Shown here piece by piece: positions 39,979-49,189 of a stretch of DNA of 64,000 nt. The notes beneath the pieces are model-generated. The model was given only the letters and a program-made list of their open reading frames with translations, did not search any database and had not been told where the DNA came from. The DNA comes from Candidatus Dormiibacterota bacterium. GTDB lineage: Bacteria > Chloroflexota > Dormibacteria > Aeolococcales > Aeolococcaceae. The DNA is taken from positions 78,292 through 142,291 of the forward strand of contig CAVVJH010000016.1 in NCBI GenBank assembly GCA_963748505.1, in the 5' to 3' direction. A program made the translations under genes and the position numbers. Each line of letters starts with the position of its first letter. Within the stretch, counting starts at the first letter, position 1.

Positions 39979-40097
39979 GGCGGGACGGGGTTCTCGGGGC
40001 TCTTGCTTAGCGGGTCGCTCGCTCGTTCGCGCAAGTAAATTATCGCGCTCTCTCGCTCGCTCCCCAATGCGCCGAGCACCGAGAACCCCGTCCCGCC
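39979..40097 (+). repeat. Hairpin element copy B
   Basis: Arms GGCGGGACGGGGTTCTCGGGGCT / GAGCACCGAGAACCCCGTCCCGCC. Core GTCGCTCGCTCGTTCGCGCAAGTAAATTATCGCGCTCTCTCGCTCGCTCCCCAATGCGCC. It starts 25 nt after the LysM-CHAP stop. Confidence 0.8.
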
Positions 40098-40231
40098 TTA
40101 CGGCCGTTGTGCCGGTTACGTCTGTTGACGTTCCTCTCGGTCTCACTGCTCGAAACTGGTTCGCTAGTGGCTGATGGGCCGGTGACAGAACTGGACAGCG
40201 GGCTCAGCAGCAAAGAGAACACGCAGGCTCG

Positions 40232-40888
40232 ATGGCGATTCGGACGACCATGACCAACGATGCCGAAGCGCTCGACTTGTTGATGCGCGCAGTCATCGTT
40301 GGGGACGCGCCGACGGCATCACGGCTGATCGCCGCGTCGCCGGCAATCGTTCGCGGACATGTGGAACGAGGTGCCACGCGCCAGGAGGCGACCGAGCATT
40401 TCCACAACGAAATCGGTCACTACATCTATGCCGGCGATACTGCACTGCATGCCGCCGCGGCCGGATACCGCGTTACGCTGGTGCAGGTGTTGGTCGCCGC
40501 CGGAGCGGACGTCGGCGCGAAGAATCGGCGGGGTGCTGAACCACTGCACTATGCCGCCGACGGTCAACCGGGCTCACCAACCTGGCGACCTGATGACCAG
40601 GCGGCAACCATCACCATCCTGATCGCTGCCGGCGCGGATCCCAACGCCACTGACAAGAGCGGCGTCGCGCCCCTGCACCGCGCTGTGCGCTGCCGCTGCG
40701 GCGCGGCTGTCGAGGCGTTGCTCGCAGGGGGAGCCGACGCGCGACAGCTGAACGGAAATGGCTCCACGCCCCTGGACCTGGCAACCAGAACTACCGGCAG
40801 AGGCGGATCAGGGAGTGCGGACTCAAAGGTTCAGCAAGCGTTGATCGTCCGTCTCCTGGAGGCCCACGGTACCCAACCCAAAGGCTGA
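40232..40888 (+). CDS. Ankyrin-repeat protein
   Basis: GDTALHAAAAGYRVTLVQVLVAAGADVGAKNRRGAEPLHYAA, and GADPNATDKSGVAPLHRAV...GADARQLNGNGSTPLDLA. Confidence 0.8.
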   Translation: MAIRTTMTNDAEALDLLMRAVIVGDAPTASRLIAASPAIVRGHVERGATRQEATEHFHNEIGHYIYAGDTALHAAAAGYRVTLVQVLVAAGADVGAKNRRGAEPLHYAADGQPGSPTWRPDDQAATITILIAAGADPNATDKSGVAPLHRAVRCRCGAAVEALLAGGADARQLNGNGSTPLDLATRTTGRGGSGSADSKVQQALIVRLLEAHGTQPKG

Positions 40889-40890
40889 GG

Positions 40891-41403
40891 CTACGACCGC
40901 TCAGATGTCATGAGGTCGACGTAGGCGACATCGATGCGGGCAGCGTCGACCAGATGGAGCAATCCCACTACGTCGCTGTGCTCCTCCTCTGCCTCACTGT
41001 CGCTGATGTCATCCGCAACCGTCTCCAGCTCAACGAAGCGACCAAGCTCCGCAACCTCGTCGAGGTGGATGCGGGTGTGTCGCAGCAGCAACAGATGGCG
41101 TCGCTTCTCCACACTCCCCGCTCTGCCGAGCGCCCGACCGAGAATGTCGTCAACTGACGATGCGTTGGCCGTGCGATAGATCGAGTAATCAGAAACCCGA
41201 GCGTGAGCAACATCCGCGCGGTCATAGGCAATCAACTCGCCACGCCCATCGCCGAACGTCCTCAGTTTCAGCCGCCCGTGCGGGACGACGTAGAACTGAT
41301 CACGCTGCTGCAGCAAGCCCTCGTCGAGCGCACCTGCGTCAACGGCTCGACGCACCACGGCCTCGTGATCCGCGTACCGAAACTTGCTTTCGAGATTCCG
41401 CAC
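40891..41403 (-). CDS. CYTH-domain protein (class IV adenylyl cyclase / triphosphate tunnel metalloenzyme family)
   Basis: N-terminal NLESKF (NxExK where ExExK is expected), RLKLRTFGDGRGELIAY, RHTRIHLDEVAELGRFVELE. Confidence 0.65.
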   Translation of the reverse strand: MRNLESKFRYADHEAVVRRAVDAGALDEGLLQQRDQFYVVPHGRLKLRTFGDGRGELIAYDRADVAHARVSDYSIYRTANASSVDDILGRALGRAGSVEKRRHLLLLRHTRIHLDEVAELGRFVELETVADDISDSEAEEEHSDVVGLLHLVDAARIDVAYVDLMTSERS

Positions 41404-41555
41404 GCCGCGATCCTACGGGGAGTCATCGCAGCAAGGCGAGACGGCGTCCGCGAGGAGACAACCCTCAGCAAGGGAAAGGGCACAACATCTGCAGTCGCAA
41501 GATGGCGTCAGTGGCAAGGACAGCTCAGCGAAGGCCTACGGCACAACGGCTGTAG

Positions 41556-41676
41556 GGCGGGAAGGGACGGTCAGCCACGTGGCGCATTGGGGAGCGAGCG
41601 AGAGAGCGCGACAATGTGCTTGCGCGAACGAGCGAGCGACCCGCTAAGCAAACGCGGCTGACCGTCCCTTCCCGCC
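41556..41676 (-). repeat. Hairpin element copy C
   Basis: Arms GGCGGGAAGGGACGGTCAGCCACGT / ACGCGGCTGACCGTCCCTTCCCGCC. The core is identical apart from the AT island (ACAATGTGCTT). It lies 30 nt downstream of the response-regulator stop. Confidence 0.8.
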
Positions 41677-41705
41677 GCACCACAGAGCGAAGAGACCGCG
41701 AAGCG

Positions 41706-42404
41706 TCAACCTGAAAAGCGGTACCCAATCCCCGGAACCGAGTGGATGTAGGTCGGCTTCTCCGCGTCCGGCTCGATCTTGCGACGGAGCCGGTAGACGT
41801 GCGCGTCGACGGTGCGAGTCTCGATCTCGACTTCGTAGCCCCAGACGCGACGGAGCAACTCTCCGCGGCTCATGACCTGACCCGGCCGCGAGGCGAGCAA
41901 TGCCAGAAGGTTGAACTCGGTCAGCGTCAGCATGACCTCTTCACCATCGCGGAACACCTGGCGGCGTCCGAGGTCGATGGTCAGTCCTGGGAACTCGAAG
42001 CGGTCGCGAGGCTGCTCCTGTGCGGAGATCTCGCTACGACGCAGGTGGGCGCCGATGCGCGCCATGAGCTCGCGGACTTCGAAGGGCTTGGTCACGTAGT
42101 CATCAGCACCCAGCTCGAGACCGACCACCACGTCGATGGTGTCGCTCTTCGCCGTCAGCATGATGATCGGGACCCGAGCGCCTTCTGCCCGGAGACGCCG
42201 GCAGACATCAAGACCGCTCATGCCAGGCAGGTTGACGTCGAGGATGATCAGATCGGGATTCTGCTCGCGGGCGAGGTTCAAACCCTCGACACCGGTTGCG
42301 GCTTCGATCAGCGTGTGGTTCTGCGCGCTGACGGCCAGGCGCACCACTTCTCGACTCGGGGGATCGTCCTCGACGATCAGGATGGTCTTCCCGGCTCCGC
42401 TCAT
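41706..42404 (-). CDS. OmpR/PhoB-family response regulator
   Basis: ILIVEDDPP...DLIILDVNLPGMSG...LTAK, plus a winged-helix C-terminus YIHSVPGIGYRF. ATG 42404 overlaps the kinase stop. Confidence 0.85.
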   Translation of the reverse strand: MSGAGKTILIVEDDPPSREVVRLAVSAQNHTLIEAATGVEGLNLAREQNPDLIILDVNLPGMSGLDVCRRLRAEGARVPIIMLTAKSDTIDVVVGLELGADDYVTKPFEVRELMARIGAHLRRSEISAQEQPRDRFEFPGLTIDLGRRQVFRDGEEVMLTLTEFNLLALLASRPGQVMSRGELLRRVWGYEVEIETRTVDAHVYRLRRKIEPDAEKPTYIHSVPGIGYRFSG

Positions 42405-44134
42405 CAGACGGGCACCTCGATAAACGTGGAGATGCGCTTCACGAAGTTGGCCACCTCGATTGGTTTGGTGATATAGCCGGAGCAACCGGCCGCGAGTGCT
42501 TCTTGCTCATTGCCTTTCATTGCGTTGGCGGTGAGGGCGACCACGGGGACTCCTGCCGTCTTTGGATCCGCCTTGAGCATCCGGGTCAGAGTCAGCCCGT
42601 CCATGCCAGGCAGCTCCACATCCATGAGCACGAGATCGTAGACCTTGGACCGCACCTTGTGGAGCCCCTCCTCGCCGTCGACCGCGATGTCGACATCGAA
42701 GCCGCTGCCCAGCAGGACCATCTTGGCGAGGTCGCGGTTGCTTGCGTTGTCCTCGACCAGCAGGATGCGATTGTGGCGATGGCCGTTGAGCACCTCAATT
42801 CCGGCCAGAGGTAGCCGGAACGTGAAGACCGACCCGTGATCCGGGTTGCTCTCCAGGGAGATGTTGCCTCCGTGGAGCTCCACGAGCCGTCGGGTCAGCG
42901 ACAGCCCGAGACCGGTGCCCTCGACCTGGCGGGTGGTGGCGTGATCGAGTTGATAGAACTCGTCAAAGATCCGCTTGTGATGCTCGGCCGGGATGCCAAC
43001 CCCTGTGTCGCCCACATCGACGATCAGGTCCTCGCTGTCGGCCCGCGCTGAAACCCAGACCTTGCCGCCCTGCGGTGTGAACTTGATCGCATTGCTGAGG
43101 AGGTTGTAGAGCACCTGCTTGAACTTGCTCTTGTCGGCGCGAATCTCGAGGCCGACCGGGACCACGTCGATGCTCAGGTCGATATCCCGGCGCTCGCTCA
43201 GCGAGCGAATGACGTTGTGGACCTCTTTGACAGCATCCTGAACGCCGAATCGATCGTAGGAGAGCTCCATCCTGCCGGCTTCGATCTTGCTCAGGTCGAG
43301 CACGTCGTTCACCAGCTCGAGCAGGTGCTTTCCGGAGGCGTGAATGTTCTGGAGGCACTCCTGGCGCTGTTGGGGCGTCAGATCCACGAGGTTGTCCTTG
43401 AGGATCTCGCTGAAGCCGAGGATGGCGTTCAGCGGCGTCCGCAACTCGTGGCTCATGTTGGCCAGGAACTCGCTCTTCAGTCGCGAGATCTCGCCGATCT
43501 GCGCGTTGGCGAGCTCCACCTCGCGCTTCTGGGTGGCGATCTCGCCGAGTTGTGCGCGCTGTGCGGTGTAGAGGCGCGCGTTGTCGATGCTGATTGCCGC
43601 CTGGCTCGCGATGATGCGCATCAACGCCTGCTCGATGCTGGTGAACGGCTGCACCTCGCGTCGAGCGAGGGTCAGTGCGCCCACCAGTCGTTGCGGCGAT
43701 TCGAGCGGCATCACCAGGCAGGACCGCGGCGCGTACGCGAGACCGAGCGTCTTGAAGCGCCGGTCCTTTGTGGCATCTGCGACCGAAACCAGCTTCCGGC
43801 GTTGCGCCGCCCACCCGACGATGCCCTCACCAAGCTCGAAACGAGCAACCTGACCGAGGTTGTCGGTGAATGGGTAGGTCGCGATAGCGGACAGGGCACG
43901 ACCGTCCTCATCGAGGAGGAAGACCGTGGCAGCATCGCAGTCGACGAGGTCGGCCGCGGCCTTGAGCATGAAGTCGATCGTCTCCTTCAGCTCCAGACTC
44001 GACGTAAAGAGGTTACCGACCTGGCCCAGAAGGTCGACAATGACCTTGTCGTCCATCGCAGAGCCGAGTATACCCGCGAATTTCGGCCCTGGAGGACTGT
44101 CCGACATTTGCAAACGATCGAGTGCGGCACTCAT
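42404..44134 (-). CDS. Hybrid sensor histidine kinase (GAF, HisKA, HATPase_c, receiver)
   Basis: GAF region (GEGIVGWAAQRRK...), H-box FLANMSHELRTPLNAI, G-boxes DTGVGIP and GTGLGLSL, receiver ILLVEDN...LVLMDVELPGMDG. Confidence 0.9.
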   Translation of the reverse strand: MSAALDRLQMSDSPPGPKFAGILGSAMDDKVIVDLLGQVGNLFTSSLELKETIDFMLKAAADLVDCDAATVFLLDEDGRALSAIATYPFTDNLGQVARFELGEGIVGWAAQRRKLVSVADATKDRRFKTLGLAYAPRSCLVMPLESPQRLVGALTLARREVQPFTSIEQALMRIIASQAAISIDNARLYTAQRAQLGEIATQKREVELANAQIGEISRLKSEFLANMSHELRTPLNAILGFSEILKDNLVDLTPQQRQECLQNIHASGKHLLELVNDVLDLSKIEAGRMELSYDRFGVQDAVKEVHNVIRSLSERRDIDLSIDVVPVGLEIRADKSKFKQVLYNLLSNAIKFTPQGGKVWVSARADSEDLIVDVGDTGVGIPAEHHKRIFDEFYQLDHATTRQVEGTGLGLSLTRRLVELHGGNISLESNPDHGSVFTFRLPLAGIEVLNGHRHNRILLVEDNASNRDLAKMVLLGSGFDVDIAVDGEEGLHKVRSKVYDLVLMDVELPGMDGLTLTRMLKADPKTAGVPVVALTANAMKGNEQEALAAGCSGYITKPIEVANFVKRISTFIEVPV

Positions 44135-45108
44135 GAGCGTCGCTTTTGCAATTCGGCAACGAGCGCCGGGAGCACCTTCAGCGCGTCTCCGACGACGCCC
44201 AGGTCAGCGAGCTTGAAGATCGGTGCGTTCTCGTCTCTGTTGACCGCAACAATTGCCTTCGCGCCTTTCATGCCGACGGTGTGCTGCATCGCTCCGCTGA
44301 TCCCGAAGGCGAGGTAGACGGCGGGTTTGACGGTCTTGCCCGTCTGCCCGACCTGCATTGCATAGGGGACCCATCCGGCGTCAACGACTGCTCGGCTGGC
44401 TCCGACAGCGGCGTTGCCGAGGACCGCTGCAAGCTGGTCGAGGAGCTCGAAATTCTTCGGATCGCCGAGACCGCGTCCGCCACTGATGACGATCGGCGCC
44501 TCTTCCAACTTGGGGCCCACGGCAACATCGGCGACCCGGTCGGTGACACGAGCCGTCTGGTGCTTGGGATCGATCGCCGATGTGACCGGTACCACCGCGG
44601 CTGCCCCACCACCGGTCGCTTCCGCGGCAAACGACTTCGGCCGGATGATCGCGATTGCCGGTGCCTTGTTCTCGAAGCGGGTCGCGACGTTCAGGGTTGC
44701 CCCGAATGCCGAGGAATGCACGGTCACGCCGTCCGTCTCGCTCACATCGAGGCCATTGGCGATCACCGGAACGCCGAGCTTCGCCGCCAGCCGGCCGGCG
44801 ACATCTCGCGAGTTGTAGGTCATGCCGAAGAGCAGGAGGTCGGGCTGATGCTCAGCAACCAGCGCTGCCAGTGCGTCCGCCGCCGGGCCTCCCAGCAGCA
44901 GCTCACCCCAGAGGGGATCAGTGCCGGCGTACAGCGTCATGGCTCCGTGGGCGCCCAGCTCGGTGGCGGCGTCGGCCGCGTCGGGCGAGAAGGCAACCGC
45001 CTCCACCGTCGAGCCCAGCGATCGTGCCTTCGCCAGCAGTTCGAGGACGACCGGTGCCGGTTTGCCGCCCGCGATCTCCGCAAACACCCAGACCTTGCCC
45101 AGTGCCAT
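44131..45108 (-). CDS. etfA: Electron transfer flavoprotein alpha subunit
   Basis: VISGGRGLG...GASRAVVDAGW...QVGQTGKTVKP..YLAFGISGAMQH. Confidence 0.9.
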   Translation of the reverse strand: MALGKVWVFAEIAGGKPAPVVLELLAKARSLGSTVEAVAFSPDAADAATELGAHGAMTLYAGTDPLWGELLLGGPAADALAALVAEHQPDLLLFGMTYNSRDVAGRLAAKLGVPVIANGLDVSETDGVTVHSSAFGATLNVATRFENKAPAIAIIRPKSFAAEATGGGAAAVVPVTSAIDPKHQTARVTDRVADVAVGPKLEEAPIVISGGRGLGDPKNFELLDQLAAVLGNAAVGASRAVVDAGWVPYAMQVGQTGKTVKPAVYLAFGISGAMQHTVGMKGAKAIVAVNRDENAPIFKLADLGVVGDALKVLPALVAELQKRRS

Positions 45109-45111
45109 CGG

Positions 45112-45885
45112 TCAGATCACCTTCTTCTCTGCGAGGAAGTCGGCAATCCGGAGATAGCCTTCGCCGTCGTCTTTGACGATCGAGCCCGCAGCCCGCTGGG
45201 CGGCTGGCTCAACCCCGGAGATGCTCTGGCCCGCCGTGGAGCCGCCGGCGCCCTCGAGCCCCAGATCGGCCGGGCCGATCCGGTCGAGCGGCTTCGACTT
45301 GGCGCCCATGATGCCTTTCAGCGACGGGTACCTCGGTTCGTTGACGCCGGCGGTCACGCTCACCAGTGCGGGGAGCGTGGCCTCGACGACGTCGTAACCC
45401 GCCTCGGTCTGGCGCTTGACGGTCAGCGAGGTGCCGTCAACGGTGAGGGTCTTGGCAAACGTCACCGCGGGAATGTCGAGCAGCTCGGCAATCATCTGGG
45501 GCACCACGCCCGTATAGCCGTCGGTGGATTCGGTCGCAGTGATCACCAGGTCGAATCCCTCGCGGCGGATCGCCGCGGCGAGGACCCGGGCGGTGGTCAA
45601 TGCGTCGGACCCTCGCAGGCTCTCGTCGGTGATGAGCACACCCTTGGACGCGCCCATCGCCAGCGCCTTGCGAACGGCGTCGAGGCCACGCTCGGGCGCC
45701 ATCGAAACGACCGTCACGTCGCCACCGTTGGCCTCGACCAGTTGCAAACCGGCCTCAACCCCGAACTCGTCGCCGGGATCGAGCACCGCCTCAACCCCCT
45801 CGCGCTTGAGCAGATGCGTGGTCGGGTCGAGCTGTCCGGTCGTATTGGGGTCGGGGATCTGCTTGACGCAGACGACGACCTTCAT
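45112..45885 (-). CDS. etfB: Electron transfer flavoprotein beta subunit
   Basis: MKVVVCVKQIPD (ATG 45885) ...VVSMAPE...ESTDGYTGVVPQMIAELL. Confidence 0.9.
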   Translation of the reverse strand: MKVVVCVKQIPDPNTTGQLDPTTHLLKREGVEAVLDPGDEFGVEAGLQLVEANGGDVTVVSMAPERGLDAVRKALAMGASKGVLITDESLRGSDALTTARVLAAAIRREGFDLVITATESTDGYTGVVPQMIAELLDIPAVTFAKTLTVDGTSLTVKRQTEAGYDVVEATLPALVSVTAGVNEPRYPSLKGIMGAKSKPLDRIGPADLGLEGAGGSTAGQSISGVEPAAQRAAGSIVKDDGEGYLRIADFLAEKKVI

Positions 45886-45920
45886 GAGTGCCTCCGTAGT
45901 ACCGCCTCGGGAACGAAACT

Positions 45921-47150
45921 CTAACGCACAAACACCGGAATGCCCGGATCGGGCCTGCCGAGCGTGGCCGCGACAGTCCCGAGATCGACCGTGTTCGTCA
46001 CCGGTATTCTCGCGGCCTGGGACTGCATTGCGGTCAATGTGGCGCCAATTCGTCCCTCTTCCCACCGTGAATCGGCGATTGCGACGATTCCGTAGTGGTG
46101 GCGGCGCTCTGTCAGCCACTCCTCCCAGGACTCCGCGGCCGTGACCGCCTCGATCCCGGCATCGCTGAGGTCGTCCGGCCGTGTCACCGGCTCTCCGTCG
46201 AGCGAAGCGACCGTCCACCGAGCTGCCGGCCATCGTCGCGCGGCGTCGACAAGGAGCTGGTGCAGACGCTGCTGCTCGGTGTCGCCCTGGGCGTCCGGCC
46301 TCTGGCCGGTCAGCACCAGCACCCGCTCGCAGGTCGCGGCGTCTCGCCCACCCAGGATCGCACTCGGCTCCACGCGCCAGCTTTCCGGCGGCCGCCGATC
46401 GAGCACGCTGCGCCATCGGGCCCGAATCAGCCGGCGGTTGCGTTCCAGACGCTCACTCTGCACTGCGCCGCCGCCTGAGCCGCCGCGCACGTGCTCGACC
46501 ACCGAGCGGGGCTGATACACGGTCCGACCGCCGGCAGCCGCGAGCGCCAGGCAGAGATCGACGTCCTCGTAGTACATCGGCGCAAAACGTGGGTCGAACC
46601 CCCCGACACCGACGAACGCGGACCGCCGCACCAGGAGACACGCTGCTGACGCGTAATCCACCGTCCGCCGGAACAGGTATTGGGAGCGATTCGGAAGGTC
46701 GCCGTCGCCGTACTGCCGCACGCGGCCGTCACGCCAGATGATCGATCCCGCCTCCTGGAGCCGCCCGTCCGGATAGAGCAGCCTTGGCGCGACTGCGGCA
46801 ATGCCGGGATCGGCATCGGCAACCTCGACCAGTGGCTCGAGCCAGCCTGGCCGGACCCACGCATCGCTGTTGAGGAGGAGCAGGTACCGACCCCGCGCCA
46901 TCGCCGCGCCCTGATTGTTGGCGGGACCGAACCCCAGGTTGCGGGTGTTCCGCAGGACCAGCGCGCCTTCCACGGCACCCAGAGCGTCCGCCGTGCCATC
47001 GGTCGAGGCGTTGTCGACGATCACCACCTCATAGGAGGGCGGGGTGAGCTCGGCGAGGAGCGTCAGCGCCTGGCGCGTGAGATCCCAGCGATTGAAGGTG
47101 ACCATGACGACGCTGATGTCGGGCCGGCCGACGCGGGGAAACCGGATCAC
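45921..47150 (-). CDS. Family-2 glycosyltransferase with C-terminal extension
   Basis: ISVVMVTFNRWD...VVIVDNASTDGT...NLGFGPANNQG...LLLNSD. Confidence 0.8.
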   Translation of the reverse strand: MIRFPRVGRPDISVVMVTFNRWDLTRQALTLLAELTPPSYEVVIVDNASTDGTADALGAVEGALVLRNTRNLGFGPANNQGAAMARGRYLLLLNSDAWVRPGWLEPLVEVADADPGIAAVAPRLLYPDGRLQEAGSIIWRDGRVRQYGDGDLPNRSQYLFRRTVDYASAACLLVRRSAFVGVGGFDPRFAPMYYEDVDLCLALAAAGGRTVYQPRSVVEHVRGGSGGGAVQSERLERNRRLIRARWRSVLDRRPPESWRVEPSAILGGRDAATCERVLVLTGQRPDAQGDTEQQRLHQLLVDAARRWPAARWTVASLDGEPVTRPDDLSDAGIEAVTAAESWEEWLTERRHHYGIVAIADSRWEEGRIGATLTAMQSQAARIPVTNTVDLGTVAATLGRPDPGIPVFVR

Positions 47151-48424
47151 GTTCGCCGTCGCCGCCAGCGCCGGTATCCCTCGCGTATTGGCCGGGTGAT
47201 TCGCTGCTCGGGCGAGCGCTGGAGGTGCCGCAACTCGTCCTGGAGCCGGGAGAGCTCCGCCTGCAGGGCAGTCCGCTCGTCGGCGAGACGTTGCTGAAGG
47301 ATCGCGAGCGCGGACTGCACTGGATCGTCATCACGGTCCGCCGGAGCGGAGGTTGACCGGGGTAGCCGCTCCGCGAGTTCTCTGAAAGCGTCGTCGAGGG
47401 TCTGGAGCGCGCCATCGAGGGCCACCGGCCGGGGGTCGCCGAGCAATGCGCGGACGCCATCGGCGAGATCCGCGCCGAGGAGCGGGATTGCCGGGTCGAG
47501 GCGCTTGGAGCCCTCACCGTCGACTGCCGCCACGGGCACACCGAGTGCCGCCGCCAGGTGTGCCCCCGCGGGCGTGGTAGCCACCACCGCCGCTGCCCCG
47601 GACATGGTCGCGGCGACGTCGTCGAGTCCAGACCAGTTCGGCAGCTGATGCACCCGCTCGGCCGGGAGACCGGTGACGCTGAGCGGTGACGCACGAGTGG
47701 GGTCGAGACTGACCACGACCACCGAGAGCTTGGGGTCGCCGCGAAGTGCGGCGTGCATCGCCTCAGCGAGGCGGCCGGCAAGCTCGGGGGCAATGACGCC
47801 CCCGACAGTTTCCACGACGAGCCGCCTGCCGGCGGGGACGGCGCCACACATCCGGAGTAATTCCAGACGCCTGCGCACCGTGTCCGGGACGAACACCTCG
47901 CGCGCCAGCAGCACCGGATCGCCGGACAGCACCGCGGTCCCACCGAGGCGTTGCTGGGTTTCCCGATCGCGAGTCCAGACGGCTGTACCCGCGAGGCCGG
48001 TCAAATCCGGACTCGCACCGTCAGGAGCCCCGACCGCAAACCACGCAGTGGTTCCTGCGGCTGATGCTCCGCGACGACTGCCGGTCAGTGCCAGTTCGGC
48101 GATACCCCGGCGTGCGATCGCCTCGTCGGTCACCGCGTAGCGGCCGGCCCAGTGGGCGGAATCCGCCAGCACGTCGCCGGTAAGGATCAGCGCGTCGACA
48201 TCGAGGCTGCCGGTGGCCGGTTCCCCCAATGACCGAGCCGGTCGGCCGTCATCACCTGGGATCGGGCGCTCGGCGCCAAATGGGGCGAAGGCCACGACCG
48301 CGATGTCGGGTCGCCGCCGGGCGAGTTGCGCCTCGATCACACGACGCAGGACCACCTCGCCGAGGTCGCCGGTATCGAACGCCCCGAAGAGCCCGACTAC
48401 CGGCCTCTCAGCGGCACCGTCCAC
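47147..48424 (-). CDS. Hypothetical protein, possibly polysaccharide pyruvyl-transferase-like, with C-terminal coiled coil
   Basis: VVGLFGAFDTGDLGEVVLRRV... Overlaps the GT2 start by 4 nt. The assignment is weak. Confidence 0.4.
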   Translation of the reverse strand: MDGAAERPVVGLFGAFDTGDLGEVVLRRVIEAQLARRRPDIAVVAFAPFGAERPIPGDDGRPARSLGEPATGSLDVDALILTGDVLADSAHWAGRYAVTDEAIARRGIAELALTGSRRGASAAGTTAWFAVGAPDGASPDLTGLAGTAVWTRDRETQQRLGGTAVLSGDPVLLAREVFVPDTVRRRLELLRMCGAVPAGRRLVVETVGGVIAPELAGRLAEAMHAALRGDPKLSVVVVSLDPTRASPLSVTGLPAERVHQLPNWSGLDDVAATMSGAAAVVATTPAGAHLAAALGVPVAAVDGEGSKRLDPAIPLLGADLADGVRALLGDPRPVALDGALQTLDDAFRELAERLPRSTSAPADRDDDPVQSALAILQQRLADERTALQAELSRLQDELRHLQRSPEQRITRPIREGYRRWRRRRT

Positions 48425-48559
48425 GTGATGCCTCCGTACACAAGGCGGATCGGGCGAGGTCGCTCACTCTCAGGTCTGGCTCAGGGAACGCGCGTGAACG
48501 ACCGCTGAGAATGAGGACACCGCCCACCATAGAACAAGTTGAAACCAAGGAGCACCGGC

Positions 48560-49138
48560 ATGTCGGGAAATTTCTTCACCAAGAGGATCGCGATCAGCGC
48601 AGTCGCCTTCGCTGTCGTCGCGGTCGCCGGCATCGCATCGGTGTCGATCATCCCCGCCCTCGCATCGGGGGTTTCGTCGGGCAATGCCAGCACCCTGGCC
48701 GCGACGCCCGCAGCGGGCGGGTCCACCAGTAGCCATCCTCTGGCGAAGCGACTCGCCACTGGTCGCATCGCATTGGCCCTGTTCCGCAACTCGGTTGAGG
48801 AGACGGGTCTCAGCCGGATCACCGTGCTCAAGGACCTTCTCAACGGCGAGACCCTCGCGCAGATCGACGGTTCCAAGGCGCAGGCGGTCGAAAGCGCTGT
48901 GATGACCAAGGTGACCGCGCGCATCAACAAGGCCCTGTCCAAGGGCAAGATCACCCAGGCCCAGGCGACGGCACTGACCGCTGCCGTGACCGCCGGCATC
49001 TCCAAGCTGATGACGACGAACCTCAGCACTGATATCCGTGCCCGGTTCGGCGGATTCGGCGCCAGTCCCTCCACGTCGACGCCCCCCTCGTCGACAGCGT
49101 CCCCCGCCGCCACGACAGGACAGAGCACCCCCCTCTGA
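48560..49138 (+). CDS. Secreted hypothetical protein with Ser/Thr/Pro-rich tail
   Basis: ATG 48560 has AAGGAG about 7 nt upstream. Signal/TM IAISAVAFAVVAVAGIASV...ALASG. Confidence 0.5.
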   Translation: MSGNFFTKRIAISAVAFAVVAVAGIASVSIIPALASGVSSGNASTLAATPAAGGSTSSHPLAKRLATGRIALALFRNSVEETGLSRITVLKDLLNGETLAQIDGSKAQAVESAVMTKVTARINKALSKGKITQAQATALTAAVTAGISKLMTTNLSTDIRARFGGFGASPSTSTPPSSTASPAATTGQSTPL

Positions 49139-49153
49139 TCGGTCGTGCGGCCC

Positions 49154-49186
49154 GGCAGTCTACCCGGCCACCCCGGGTAGACTGCC
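49154..49186 (+). terminator. Perfect 14-bp stem / 5-nt loop hairpin between gene 48560..49138 and the PPIase start
   Basis: GGCAGTCTACCCGG-CCACC-CCGGGTAGACTGCC. It begins 16 nt after the upstream stop and ends 3 nt before ATG 49190. Confidence 0.5.
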
Positions 49187-49189
49187 CCG

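Noticed and set aside
43217-45924. Long ORFs antisense to the hybrid kinase and etfAB genes. Similar cases are 672..1598(-), 24516..25883(-), 50563..52026(+), 54787..56004(-) and 29899..31131(+).
   Set aside because: These are typical high-GC shadow ORFs. They are Arg/Gly/Asp-rich with no motifs, and each lies opposite a gene with clear family signatures.
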